A stretch of 64,000 nt of DNA from Piromyces finnis finn (lineage: Eukaryota > Fungi > Neocallimastigomycota): contig MCFH01000001.1 of NCBI GenBank assembly GCA_002104945.1, forward strand, positions 2,046,001 through 2,110,000. The letters run 5' to 3'. Both the position numbers and the translations under genes were made by a program. The notes under the pieces are model-generated. The model searched no databases. It saw nothing but the letters and a program-made list of their open reading frames with translations, and was not told the DNA's origin. Of this stretch, positions 29,954 to 40,788 are shown piece after piece; position 1 is the first letter of the stretch; each line of letters begins with the position of its first letter.

Positions 29954-32077
29954 TTATTAAAATATAACTATTTATTAAATATTAAAAAGCATAATAAATT
30001 ATATTTTTAATATTTATATTATTCAATCAGTCAAATAATGAATAAAAATGTATAAATAATGAAATTGAACATTATGTAATTACAATGGCAATATACAAAG
30101 CAATATTGTTATGTTATGTATGTAAATATATTTTTCACTCTGTTTTTATAATAAATAATAATATTATTATTATTTTATTCTTATTATTTAATAGAATAGA
30201 ATTAATGTAATCAAAATAATAATTAAGAAATTCATGCATATAAAATATTTTATAAACGAACATTTAAAATTTATAATATTATTTTTTATTTATTTATTCG
30301 TTTATTTTTTTGTGAATGATAAGAAAAATAAAATACATATACATATTCATAGTATAAATTGATAACGGATTGGTAGTTATATTACAACTTTTTAACTACT
30401 TCTTCTGTTATCTTATATTGTTTTATCTCGACAGCTATTGTACGAGCTTTAACAATATCTACTAGTTTTATTAATTTATTTTAAGTTATTTTATAATTTT
30501 AATAGTTTTATTATTTTAATAATATTTATATAGAATAATAACACCAGATTTATTCTATAAAATATTATTTATTATTAACACAATAATTACAAATTAGACA
30601 AGTTTAATTTCGTTTTTATATTTTCTTTTATTTATTGTTCTTACGCTCTTTTTAACAATAATTTTTATTATATAAAAACTTATTTTTTGTCTTTTAAATA
30701 TTATTATGTATTCACTAATTAATTATATTAACTATTATTAAAATTTAACTTATTATTAGTAATCTAAGTCTTCTCATTTTCTACTAAAAATTATTATTAT
30801 TCTTTATAATAAAAATTATTTTTATAATTTAACCCAATCAAATATATAAATTTATAAAATATTTGATTTTATGTAAATTATATTTTTATAATAAACTATA
30901 TAAAATTATTTAATAATTATTTTATAATAAAAATTTCTACTAATATCAAATGTATAATATATTTATAATTATTATTTATCAAAATATATATTTCGTTCCA
31001 GTTTTTATCCTGGTTGTTAAGGCGTTTCCTTAGCATACATAAGGCTTCTGGTTCGACCCCGCAGATGTCAGTGCCTGTGGATTTTCCCACTGGGTTTGCC
31101 ATGGGTTGGGTTATGATATTCAGGTAAGTATAAATGAACTTTCTAATTTACTACTATGATAATAACACTCGTCTAGCCGGCCTGAGAGGGTCTAGTGTAC
31201 ATGGTACATTCCAAATTAGAACTTAATAAGTGGTGACTTAGGCTATGCCAAAAACACATAATATTCCTTAATCAATTTAAGTGTAAACATTAGGGGGCGG
31301 TTGACACGTGATCAAATTGACTATAAGAGGCTTAGCATTGTAGTTGTGAAATATCGTACAACGACATGCATCTAATGTACATGGATTAAGTGAGCGTCGA
31401 AGCTGAAGAAACAGTATGACAGACCAGGAGGGTCACAACCACCTAGCAATAGGAATGAGCCAACGTTTCTCTAAGAACCACCATTGGAGCTAACTCTGAT
31501 CGATGGGAGAAATGCACTCGGAAGTTAAATATATAATGAACTATATAAATAAAATATAATAAAATAAAAGTTAACCATTATAAAATTAATTATAATATTA
31601 AATAAATATAATCATTGTAATTTATTTCATTTACTTAAAAGTAAATATTTTTTTTTTTTTTTGATTATTATATATATATAATAAATATAATAAATTCAAT
31701 TAATACTTTAATTTACTATTTTATTTATAATAATTTATAATATAAAATAAATTATATTTAAAATTAAAGCAAAAACTTTTTATTGTCTTTCGTCTTTAAT
31801 AAATGAAAATGATGGTGGTTAAGTTTAAACCATTAAATTACTAATGAATAAATATTAAATAAATAAATAAGTAAATAAATAAATAAGTATAAATTAGAAT
31901 TTTTGATCAAAATAAATTTTTATTATCTCTAAATTTTATTTTTAATTTCGTAGTATTATTTATTTAAAATACTAAGAAATAAGAAGTAAAAGAAAAAAGA
32001 AAGAAAAGAAAAAAGAAAGAAAAGAAAAAAGAAGTAAAAGAAAAAAGAAAGAAAAGAAAAAAGAAAGAAAAGAAGAA
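29954..32077 (+). repeat. Upstream flank 'U' of the Rpn repeat unit, copy 1 (interrupted by the 1.17-kb insertion)
   Basis: Near-identical to 38013-38967; parts recur at 40541-40750 and, inverted, at 41992-42385. Confidence 0.9.
30360..31530 (+). mobile_element. Non-autonomous retroposon (SINE-like) insertion, ~1.17 kb, with 5-bp TSD taaat
   Basis: Absent from sister copies (empty site agtataaat|atataatgaac at ~38445-38465 and ~40631-40650). Contains a tRNA-like segment (31011-31066), and 31392-31431 matches the LINE 3' region (rc of 33660-33699) at 36/40 nt. Ends in ggaagttaa, versus ggaagtcaa for the LINE. Confidence 0.7.
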
Positions 32078-33376
32078 ATGGACTATCTAAGTTATTGTAA
32101 TAGAAGAGTCATTACTATAAAACCAACTGTCAATATTGTTTTTAAAAGACTATTTGGTAATGAAAAGAATAAAGATATTTTGGTTCATTTTTTAAATAGT
32201 GTATTGAAGTATTATGGTCATTCTGATTTTAATGTTAACAATGTTAAATTTATTGATGAAAAATTGAGGGCAGATGATTTAGAAGAAAATTTCCCAAATG
32301 CTGATATATTAGTAAGTAAATTTAAAAGATTAACAAAAGAGAATGACGAAGAACTCGTAAATATAGAAATTCATGTTTCAAATGTAAGTAGCAGGTTATA
32401 TCGATCTGAATTTTATGCTTCAAGATTAATGACTCAATCTGTATTTAAAGGACAGAAATATGGAAATATTCCAGAAATCATTATGCTTAATATATTAGAT
32501 TATATAATGTTTGACGATAGAATCGGCTATAGATACTTTCCTAGAAATGGTGTAGCTTTTTATAAAGGAAAGTTTTATCAAAATGTCAATGAAAAGTTAT
32601 ACGACAAAAAAATGAACATTCTCACTGACAAAAATGGTAATGATATAATAATGGATAATGACGATTTTGATTTTAATTGTCAATTATCAACAATTCACTT
32701 TATTGAATTACCTAAATTTAAAACTAAGAATGAAAACAATAATGACAATAATGTTAACAACAATGATATTTTAGATAATTCATTAAATAATGATAACAAA
32801 GATGATGATAATAGCGATGAAGACTTAAATCTATGGATCCAATTTTTAAATAATCCAAATGATCCAATATTCAGAAAAGAAGACACAAAAGATATATACA
32901 AAAAAGCAAGATTTGAATTATTATTTTTACAAGATGATGAAAAATTTGAAAAAGAATATTGGTATAGAATAGATTCAATAATAACAGAAAAATCAATTCG
33001 AGAGCATGATAAAAGAAAATATTTAAAAGAAGGAAGAGAAGAAGGAGAAGAAATTGAAGAAAAGAAAGGAATAATAAAAGGAAGAAAAGAAGGAGAAGAA
33101 ATTGGAATAAGAAAAAGTCAAATTAAAACTACATTTAAATTATTCCATTCAAATTTAGATTCATCTTTTATTAAAACATTATCTGAACTTCCAGAAAATG
33201 AAATAAACATTATTGATGAATTCTTAAAGAAATCTGAACGTAATGCTACGGATTTAGCCGAAAAATTAAATATTGATGCCAATTTTATTTATGAAACTTG
33301 TGATTCTTTTAAACTTTCCTATAATACATCTAATGAAGATGATGAAAGTAAAAATAGTAAAAAAATAAAAATTTAA
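32078..33376 (+). CDS. Rpn-family recombination-promoting nuclease / PD-(D/E)XK_2 putative transposase, copy 1
   Basis: Intronless 432 aa. NIVFKRLFGNEKNKDILVHFLNSVL, ADILV...VNIEIH, RSEFYASRL..Q..FKGQKY...IIMLNILDY, IHFIELPKF, LWIQFL and C-terminal EGREEG repeats are hallmark motifs of bacterial Rpn/YhgA-like proteins. Confidence 0.88.
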   Translation: MDYLSYCNRRVITIKPTVNIVFKRLFGNEKNKDILVHFLNSVLKYYGHSDFNVNNVKFIDEKLRADDLEENFPNADILVSKFKRLTKENDEELVNIEIHVSNVSSRLYRSEFYASRLMTQSVFKGQKYGNIPEIIMLNILDYIMFDDRIGYRYFPRNGVAFYKGKFYQNVNEKLYDKKMNILTDKNGNDIIMDNDDFDFNCQLSTIHFIELPKFKTKNENNNDNNVNNNDILDNSLNNDNKDDDNSDEDLNLWIQFLNNPNDPIFRKEDTKDIYKKARFELLFLQDDEKFEKEYWYRIDSIITEKSIREHDKRKYLKEGREEGEEIEEKKGIIKGRKEGEEIGIRKSQIKTTFKLFHSNLDSSFIKTLSELPENEINIIDEFLKKSERNATDLAEKLNIDANFIYETCDSFKLSYNTSNEDDESKNSKKIKI

Positions 33377-33581
33377 TATTCTTAATTTTTATTATTAATT
33401 TAATTAAGATTATAATACATGTAATATATAAAATTAAAAATAAAAATAAAAATAAAAATAAAAAAAAAAAAAAAAAATGTTTAAATAAACACAAATTAAT
33501 AAAAATTGGGTATAATGTATTCTAGTAATTTTAATTAAAGTAAGAAAGCCACTATTATACTAAAGTATAATAATTGTAATT

Positions 33582-36500
33582 GACTTCCAATGGGACACTG
33601 AGCCGAAGATCAAAATTTTATCATTGGACAAAATTATGATCTCCATTGGTTGCGCCGGTCCTCCTGGCCTGTCTTACTGTTTCTTCAGCATTGACGCTCT
33701 TGGATGTTGCTTCAAATCTTTTGAACATTGACCATTGCTGGCCAATAGCAAAAGGCATGATTTTGGTTAGAAGTTCCGCTGTTACTGTCAAGAATGGTGT
33801 TCCTTCGTTAGTGCCATATTGAATCTGACACTTGCAAAGTTCTTTCCATTCCCTTGAATTGTAATTGATATTGTTAAAACTTCTTCCCCCAAGAAGGAAT
33901 TTAAATATTTTACTGCACACACTAGAATAATCATACACATTAATATTCACCGGATTATTAGAACTATCACTATCATTAACTAAATTACTATCTAAATTAG
34001 AATTATTATCTTCACTATTGCTATCATTACTAATATTATTATTTCTATTACTACTATTGTTATTATTACTATTGTTATTATTACTATTGTTATTATTACT
34101 ATTGTTATTATTACTATTGTTATTATTACTATTGTTATTATTACTATTGTTATTATTATTATTGTTATTATTATTATTGTTATTATTACTATTAATGTTA
34201 TTACTATCTCTACTGATATTAATATTTTCATTATTATTGATAGGACTATTGGAATTACGTTGACTGAAAAAATTTAATAGCTGGACTATAGAATCATAAT
34301 GTTTAGTACGGATATCTCTAAATGTTGGAAAATCTAATAACCAATGCTTAATACTTTGAACACCACACTTGCAACATGGACAGTAGTTAGGACAAACTGG
34401 ATCAACAAATTTAGTAGCTTTTGCAACTCTAGAATCCAATTTGTATCCGCTTTTTGCTTTCAATAACCAGTAGAAGCCATAGGCAAACTCTGGGTATTCA
34501 TAACATAATTTGATAAAATCTTTAGTTTCAATAAATTTATTATCATCATAATATTGCGCTTTGATTAAATTCCCTTTGAGATCTTTCCAATAAAAGTTTT
34601 TAACTGCTTTACCATCTCCATGTTTCTTTAATTTTTTATCAAGTGTCCTACTTGATTTGCACCATGTATATTTTCTAAATTTAAGAATGTAATTGACAAG
34701 GTATGAGATAATACAATTGGAGTTTTTCCATTTGTTAAAACATCTAACCTGAGCTAACGCACATTTGGCTGACAATGGAGGAATATTCAAATCTTTTGAG
34801 ATAGAGTATAAAGATATAAACGATATAGCTTTATGAACTCCTGCAACCCAATCGTATTCCTATGTTAACATGCTTCTGAGCAATTCTAGACCTAGCTTTG
34901 TTGGATCCAAGTAATGGTGTAAAGTATGAAACTCTGCTAATTACTTGTGAGTTAAGTACTAGCTTTTTGAAAGGAATAGGAATATTAGGATTTATTAAGA
35001 ATTTACTGACTGAAAAGAGTCCTTTCAAAACTTTGTTATTAAGAGTTTTAATAATTGGTTTAAGGGACAGATTCTTATCAAACGGAACACCAAGATAAGT
35101 GTAGCAATCAGTAGTTGGAATGGGTTTTCCTGCTAAATAAAATGTTGGATCTTTCTTGTTCTGATTTTCTATTGATTCAGGACGAACCACCATCATTGAA
35201 CATTTCTGAATACCAATTTCCATTTCATTATACAAAGCCCATTCATCAACTCTTTTTAGCATCTTTTTTAAGCATCCTCATGATGAAGCACAAATAACTA
35301 TATCATCTGCAAAAAGCCCACCACAGCATCGAGTGTCACCTAAATTGACTCCTAGATCTTCGCACTCTCTAAATATATCATTAATAAAGAGATTAAAGAG
35401 AATAGGAGAAAGTGGGCAACCTTGACGGACTCCTTTCTTCACATCAAAAGATTTCGAGAATTGTCCATCTAATTTGACATTAGCCTTAGATGTTAAATAT
35501 AAATTTTTGATAAATTGTAAACTCTTATCTCGGATTCCTAAACAATCTATATCATAAATTTTTTCTTTTTTAAATCTCTTATACAACTTCATTTTGATTT
35601 TTCGAAGATTAAAAATTTGTTGTGAAATATGAAATGAAAACTTTATAACATTATTTGCTGAGGTAATACTGAGCTCGTCTGCAATTGAAAAAGCAGTTGA
35701 AGTAAACTCTTTGGAAAGTTCATCTGTAGAAACATTAGGATCGTTGAGTTTTGCTGAAAGTATTTGGAATTTATTATGACTGAGAATAGATTCCTTTTCC
35801 TCAATACATTTTAATCTATTCCATTTCAGAATTTTCTTAGGAACATTAAAGTCATTAGAAAAATCTTCCATAGGAATAATTTTACCATTAATAAGAAGTG
35901 GCTTATGGTCTGATACAGGATAAAAATTATTTATAAATGATCCTGAGTGAATAAGATTTTTCATCTTCGAATTGATAAGAGCATGATCAATGTCGGAAGA
36001 TTGATCACCACGAGTCCAAGAGATAGTAGACCCTCTAAGCGGAAGAATTTCCCAATCTCTTAATCCATTAGTTGGTAACCAGTTGGATAATTTTACTTTA
36101 GACATATTAAAATCACCAACAAGAATCGATGGATGGGATGAATGAGTTTGTAACCACAAGCGAACTTCTAACTTTGCATGATCAACATAGATGTTGTGAT
36201 GACTATGAGGCATATAAACATTTCCAATCGAACATTTGAATCTATTCCAAAGACTAAAAGTATAAATAGAAATAATATACTTTCCAGAGAAGTTTTCAAA
36301 TGAGACTTGACACGAATTGTGAAAACCTAAATATAAGCCTCTCATTACAGGAACTGATTCATCAGCTTTCTTGAAAAAGGGCCTATAGTTTCGTAAAGTA
36401 ACACGACAAGGATACTCTGTATTCGATCCAGAACCATTACCAGTTTCTTGAAAACATAAAAATAATGGTTTGAAAACAACTGTGAAATAGCTAATACTAT

Positions 36501-38012
36501 CTCTCTTTTCGTGATTCCACCCATTGGTGTTCCAACTAAGACAAAAAGAAAAGTTATCAGGCTTGTTGGATGAGGAAGAATCGTTGCTATTATTATTATT
36601 ATTAAAGTCATCATTATTAATGGATGATACATCAAAGGAATAAGTTGAACTATTACTAGATGGCTGTGAAACTGAAGAACTATCAACTATTGAACTGTTA
36701 TCAGAGTTGATAAAACTATTAGAATTAATTGTTGAATGTTGAGATTGAAATTGTGTTTGTTGTAGATCAGGAATATTTTCATAATGAAAAACTTGTTGAA
36801 GATCTTGTTGAAGATCGGATTGTTGATGAGATTGTTGAACTGATTGTTGAATTGATTGTTGAATAGAATGTTAACATTTATTAGAAACTAAAATTTTAAG
36901 TTTGAGTGAGGAAAAAGTGTATTTGTGATTCCTTCTACTACGAGCTGAAAAGGAAATTGAACTGAAAGTTTCTTCTTTAATATGTGTAAGATTTTAATAC
37001 AATCTTTCGATGAACCATGAACCTTGACTAAGAAAAAGTGATCATTGAAAGTCTGAAAATATTTAACACTAATAACTGAATTAAATTTATCTTCCAGAAT
37101 AACCTCGAGTTTTTCCCATAGCATATTAACTGACCATGATCAAATACCACGGATAAAGAAGGAGCGAATATCATCTAAGGGGATACCATAAGACCGGGTA
37201 CCATGTCTAATATAATTCTTATCTTTAATATAAAGGACTGACATGATAATTGATTCTAATTAAAAAATATTGAATATAAAATAAATACTAATAAAAATTA
37301 TAAATATAACGTATATGGAAAAAAAATCTGTCTCTCTCTTCTTAAAAGTACTGAATAGTACAAAAATTGTTACGATGCTTTGATTAAAGTTTCTTTTTTT
37401 AAATTCTAGTTGTAAATTTTCTTTAAAAATTTTAGTTTTGGTTTGTTGTTAGTAAATTCGATTCACTTTTTGACACTAAATTATTTGACTTTACTTTTCA
37501 TTAAATATTTAAATTAGTAAATAAGAAATTTAAATCAAGAATTTTGATACCGGAAAGCTTGTGAATAGTATTTTTACATGATGTAGAGTGAATCAGTCTC
37601 TTACGAGAAACAACACAATAATAGCTACATGAATATAAAAATACAAAGCAAATGCTAAAGTTGACTACATTAGATTCTTACAAGAGAAGAGTAGTACTAC
37701 ATGAATACATGAATAAAAGAAAAAATACAGCAACAAAATGTATTATTCTTCTAATTAAATATTATACAAACTTACTTAAATACCAAACATTCAACTTATC
37801 CATCAATACTTAAATTCGATGGGTAAATGTTTTTTTAATCTCTTAGTATCATGTACTTAGTCCTTATAAATTTCCTTTAAAGACTAACCAAGTATCCATT
37901 GTGCAATATTTGGATTTTTTCTACTTTTTCAGTACCATGAGCATGAATAGAGCCTCTTGAAAAATTTCATTTATTAAATAAATGAAAGTACGTTCCCAAG
38001 GGATGGGATATG
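33582..38012 (-). mobile_element. Decayed non-LTR retrotransposon (LINE) with ORF1 remnant, APE endonuclease, truncated RT and C-terminal zinc knuckle
   Basis: APE motifs SWNTNG, FQET, ILVGDFN, SDIDHAL, VSDHKPL. RT motifs GVRQGCPLSPILFNL, LFADD, YTYLGV. C-terminal CPCCKC...IKHWLL. ORF2 is broken into at least three ORFs and lacks the N-terminal RT subdomains. The 5' boundary is set where U-flank homology resumes. Confidence 0.92.
34050..34195. repeat. In-frame 15-nt tandem repeat (actattgttattatt)n encoding NNNSN runs within LINE ORF2
   Basis: At least six consecutive units are visible. Confidence 0.85.
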
Positions 38013-38967
38013 TTTATTAAAATATAACTATTTATTAAATATTAAAAAGCATAATAAATTATATTTTTAATATTTATATTATTCAATCGGTCGAATGATG
38101 AATAAAAATGTATAAATATGATCCTGTAAAGTACGATCGATGTGTATAAATAATGAAATTGAACATTATGTAATTACAATGGCAATATACAAAGCAATAT
38201 TGTTATGTTATGTATTTAAATATATTTTTCACTCTGTTTTTATAATAAATAATAATATTATTATTATTTTATTCTTAATATTTAATAGAATAGAATTAAT
38301 GTAATCAAAATAATAATTAATAAATGCATGCATATAAAATATTTTATAAACGAACATTTAAAATTTATAATATTATTTTTTATTTATTTATTCGTTTATT
38401 ATTTTGTGAATGATAAGAAAAATAAAATACATATACATATTCATAGTATAAATATATAATGAACTATATAAATAAAATATAATAAAATAAAAGTTAACCA
38501 TTATAAAATTAATTATAATACTAAATAAATATAATCATTGTAATTTATTTCATTTACTTAAAAGTAAATATTTTTTTTTTTTTCGATTATTATATATATA
38601 TAATAAATATAATAAATTCAATTAATACTTTAATTTACTATTTTATTTATAATAATTTATAATATAAAATAAATTATATTTAAAATTAAAGCAAAAACTT
38701 TTTATTGTCTTTCGTCTTTAATCAATGAAAATGATGGTGGTTAAGTTTAAACCAATAAATTACTAATGAATAAATATTAAATAAATAAATAAGTAAATAA
38801 ATAAATAAGTATAAATTAGAATTTTTGATCAAAATAAATTTTTATTATCTCTAAATTTTATTTTTAATTTCGTAGTATTATTTATTTAAAATACTAAGAA
38901 ATAAGAAGTAAAAGAAAAAAGAAAGAAAAGAAAAAAGAAAGAAAAGAAAAAAGAAAGAATAGAAGAA

Positions 38968-40266
38968 ATGGACTATCTAAGTTATTGTAATAGAAGAGTC
39001 ATTACTATAAAACCAACTGTCAATATTGTTTTTAAAAGACTATTTGGTAATGAAAAGAATAAAGATATTTTGGTTCATTTTTTAAATAGTGTATTGAAGT
39101 ATTATGGTCATTCTGATTTTAATGTTAACAATGTTAAATTTATTGATGAAAAATTGAGGGCAGATGATTTAGAAGAAAATTTCCCAAATGCTGATATATT
39201 AGTAAGTAAATTTAAAAGATTAACAAAAGAGAATGACGAAGAACTCGTAAATATAGAAATTCATGTTTCAAATGTAAGTAGCAGGTTATATCGATCTGAA
39301 TTTTATGCTTCAAGATTAATGACTCAATCTGTATTTAAAGGACAGAAATATGGAAATATTCCAGAAATCATTATGCTTAATATATTAGATTATATAATGT
39401 TTGACGATAGAATCGGCTATAGATACTTTCCTAGAAATGGTGTAGCTTTTTATAAAGGAAAGTTTTATCAAAATGTCAATGAAAAGTTATACGACAAAAA
39501 AATGAACATTCTCACTGACAAAAATGGTAATGATATAATAATGGATAATGACGATTTTGATTTTAATTGTCAATTATCAACAATTCACTTTATTGAATTA
39601 CCTAAATTTAAAACTAAGAATGAAAACAATAATGACAATAATGTTAACAACAATGATATTTTAGATAATTCATTAAATAATGATAATAAAGATGATGATA
39701 ATAGCGATGAAGACTTAAATCTATGGATCCAATTTTTAAATAATCCAAATGATCCAATATTCAGAAAAGAAGACACAAAAGATATATACAAAAAAGCAAG
39801 ATTTGAATTATTATTTTTACAAGATGATGAAAAATTTGAAAAAGAATATTGGTATAGAATAGATTCAATAATAACAGAAAAATCAATTCGAGAGTATGAT
39901 AAAAGAAAATATTTAAAAGAAGGAAGAGAAGAAGGAGAAGAAATTGAAGAAAAGAAAGGAATAATAAAAGGAAGAAAAGAAGGAGAAGAAATTGGAATAA
40001 GAAAAAGTCAAATTAAAACTACATTTAAATTATTCCATTCAAATTTAGATTCATCTTTTATTAAAACATTATCTGAACTTCCAGAAAATGAAATAAACAT
40101 TATTGATGAATTCTTAAAGGAATCTGAACGTAATGCTACGTATTTAGCCGAAAAATTAAATATTGATGCCAATTTTATTTATGAAACTTGTGATTCTTTT
40201 AAACTTTCCTATAATACATCTAATGAAGATGATGAAAGTAAAAATAGTAAAAAAATAAAAATTTAA
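38968..40266 (+). CDS. Rpn-family PD-(D/E)XK_2 nuclease, copy 2
   Basis: 432 aa; differs from copy 1 at three visible residues (REH/REY, KKSE/KESE, ATD/ATY). Confidence 0.88.
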   Translation: MDYLSYCNRRVITIKPTVNIVFKRLFGNEKNKDILVHFLNSVLKYYGHSDFNVNNVKFIDEKLRADDLEENFPNADILVSKFKRLTKENDEELVNIEIHVSNVSSRLYRSEFYASRLMTQSVFKGQKYGNIPEIIMLNILDYIMFDDRIGYRYFPRNGVAFYKGKFYQNVNEKLYDKKMNILTDKNGNDIIMDNDDFDFNCQLSTIHFIELPKFKTKNENNNDNNVNNNDILDNSLNNDNKDDDNSDEDLNLWIQFLNNPNDPIFRKEDTKDIYKKARFELLFLQDDEKFEKEYWYRIDSIITEKSIREYDKRKYLKEGREEGEEIEEKKGIIKGRKEGEEIGIRKSQIKTTFKLFHSNLDSSFIKTLSELPENEINIIDEFLKESERNATYLAEKLNIDANFIYETCDSFKLSYNTSNEDDESKNSKKIKI

Positions 40267-40466
40267 TATTCTTAATTTTTATTATTAATTTAATTAAGAT
40301 TATAATACATGTAATATATAAAATTAAAAATAAAAATAAAAATAAAAATAAAAAAAAAAAAATGTTTAAATAAACACAAATTAATAAAAATTGGGTATAA
40401 TGTATTCTAGTAATTTTAATTAAAGTAAGAAAGCCACTATTATACTAAAGTATAATAATTGTAATT

Positions 40467-40540
40467 GACTTCCAATGGGACACTGAGCCGAAGATCAAAA
40501 TTTTATCATTGGACAAAATTATGATCTCCATTGGTTGCGC
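40467..40540 (-). mobile_element. 74-nt 3'-terminal fragment of the LINE, duplicated together with the Rpn downstream flank
   Basis: Identical to 33582-33655, then switches abruptly into U-flank sequence at 40541. Confidence 0.9.
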
Positions 40541-40788
40541 ACATTTAAAATTTATAATATTATTTTTTATTTATTTATTCGTTTATTTTTTTGTGAATGA
40601 TAAGAAAAATAAAATACATATACATATTCATAGTATAAATATATAATGAACTATATAAATAAAATATAATAAAATAAAAGTTAACCATTATAAAATTAAT
40701 TATAATATTAAATAAATATAATCATTGTAATTTATTTCATTTACTTTTTTGATTAAATTTTTATTTTTTTATTATTTTTACTTTCATC

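Noticed and set aside
30917-31102. 61-aa minus-strand ORF over the tRNA-like segment
   Set aside because: It runs into AT-rich noise and has no recognisable motif; the region is better explained as structured non-coding RNA.
31174-31191. 18-mer tagccggcctgagagggt resembling a bacterial 16S rRNA helix
   Set aside because: The flanks do not continue the 16S sequence; too short to call an rRNA fragment.
31490-31520. ctgatcga...gaaa as a possible hammerhead ribozyme core
   Set aside because: The core has an extra base relative to CUGANGA and I could not build the three stems. It is better explained as the 3' stem-loop (ccattg/cgatgg) of the retroposon tail.
31981-32077. Purine-rich ~16-nt tandem leader before the Rpn ATG as a CRISPR-like or terminal repeat
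   Set aside because: Simple low-complexity repeat without unique spacers; no CRISPR array or clear terminal inverted repeats were found in the window.
32695-32901. Repeated 68-aa antisense ORF in all three Rpn copies, considered as a possible antitoxin
   Set aside because: It is a shadow of the N/D-rich insert and is conserved only because the host ORFs are near-identical; there is no independent evidence.
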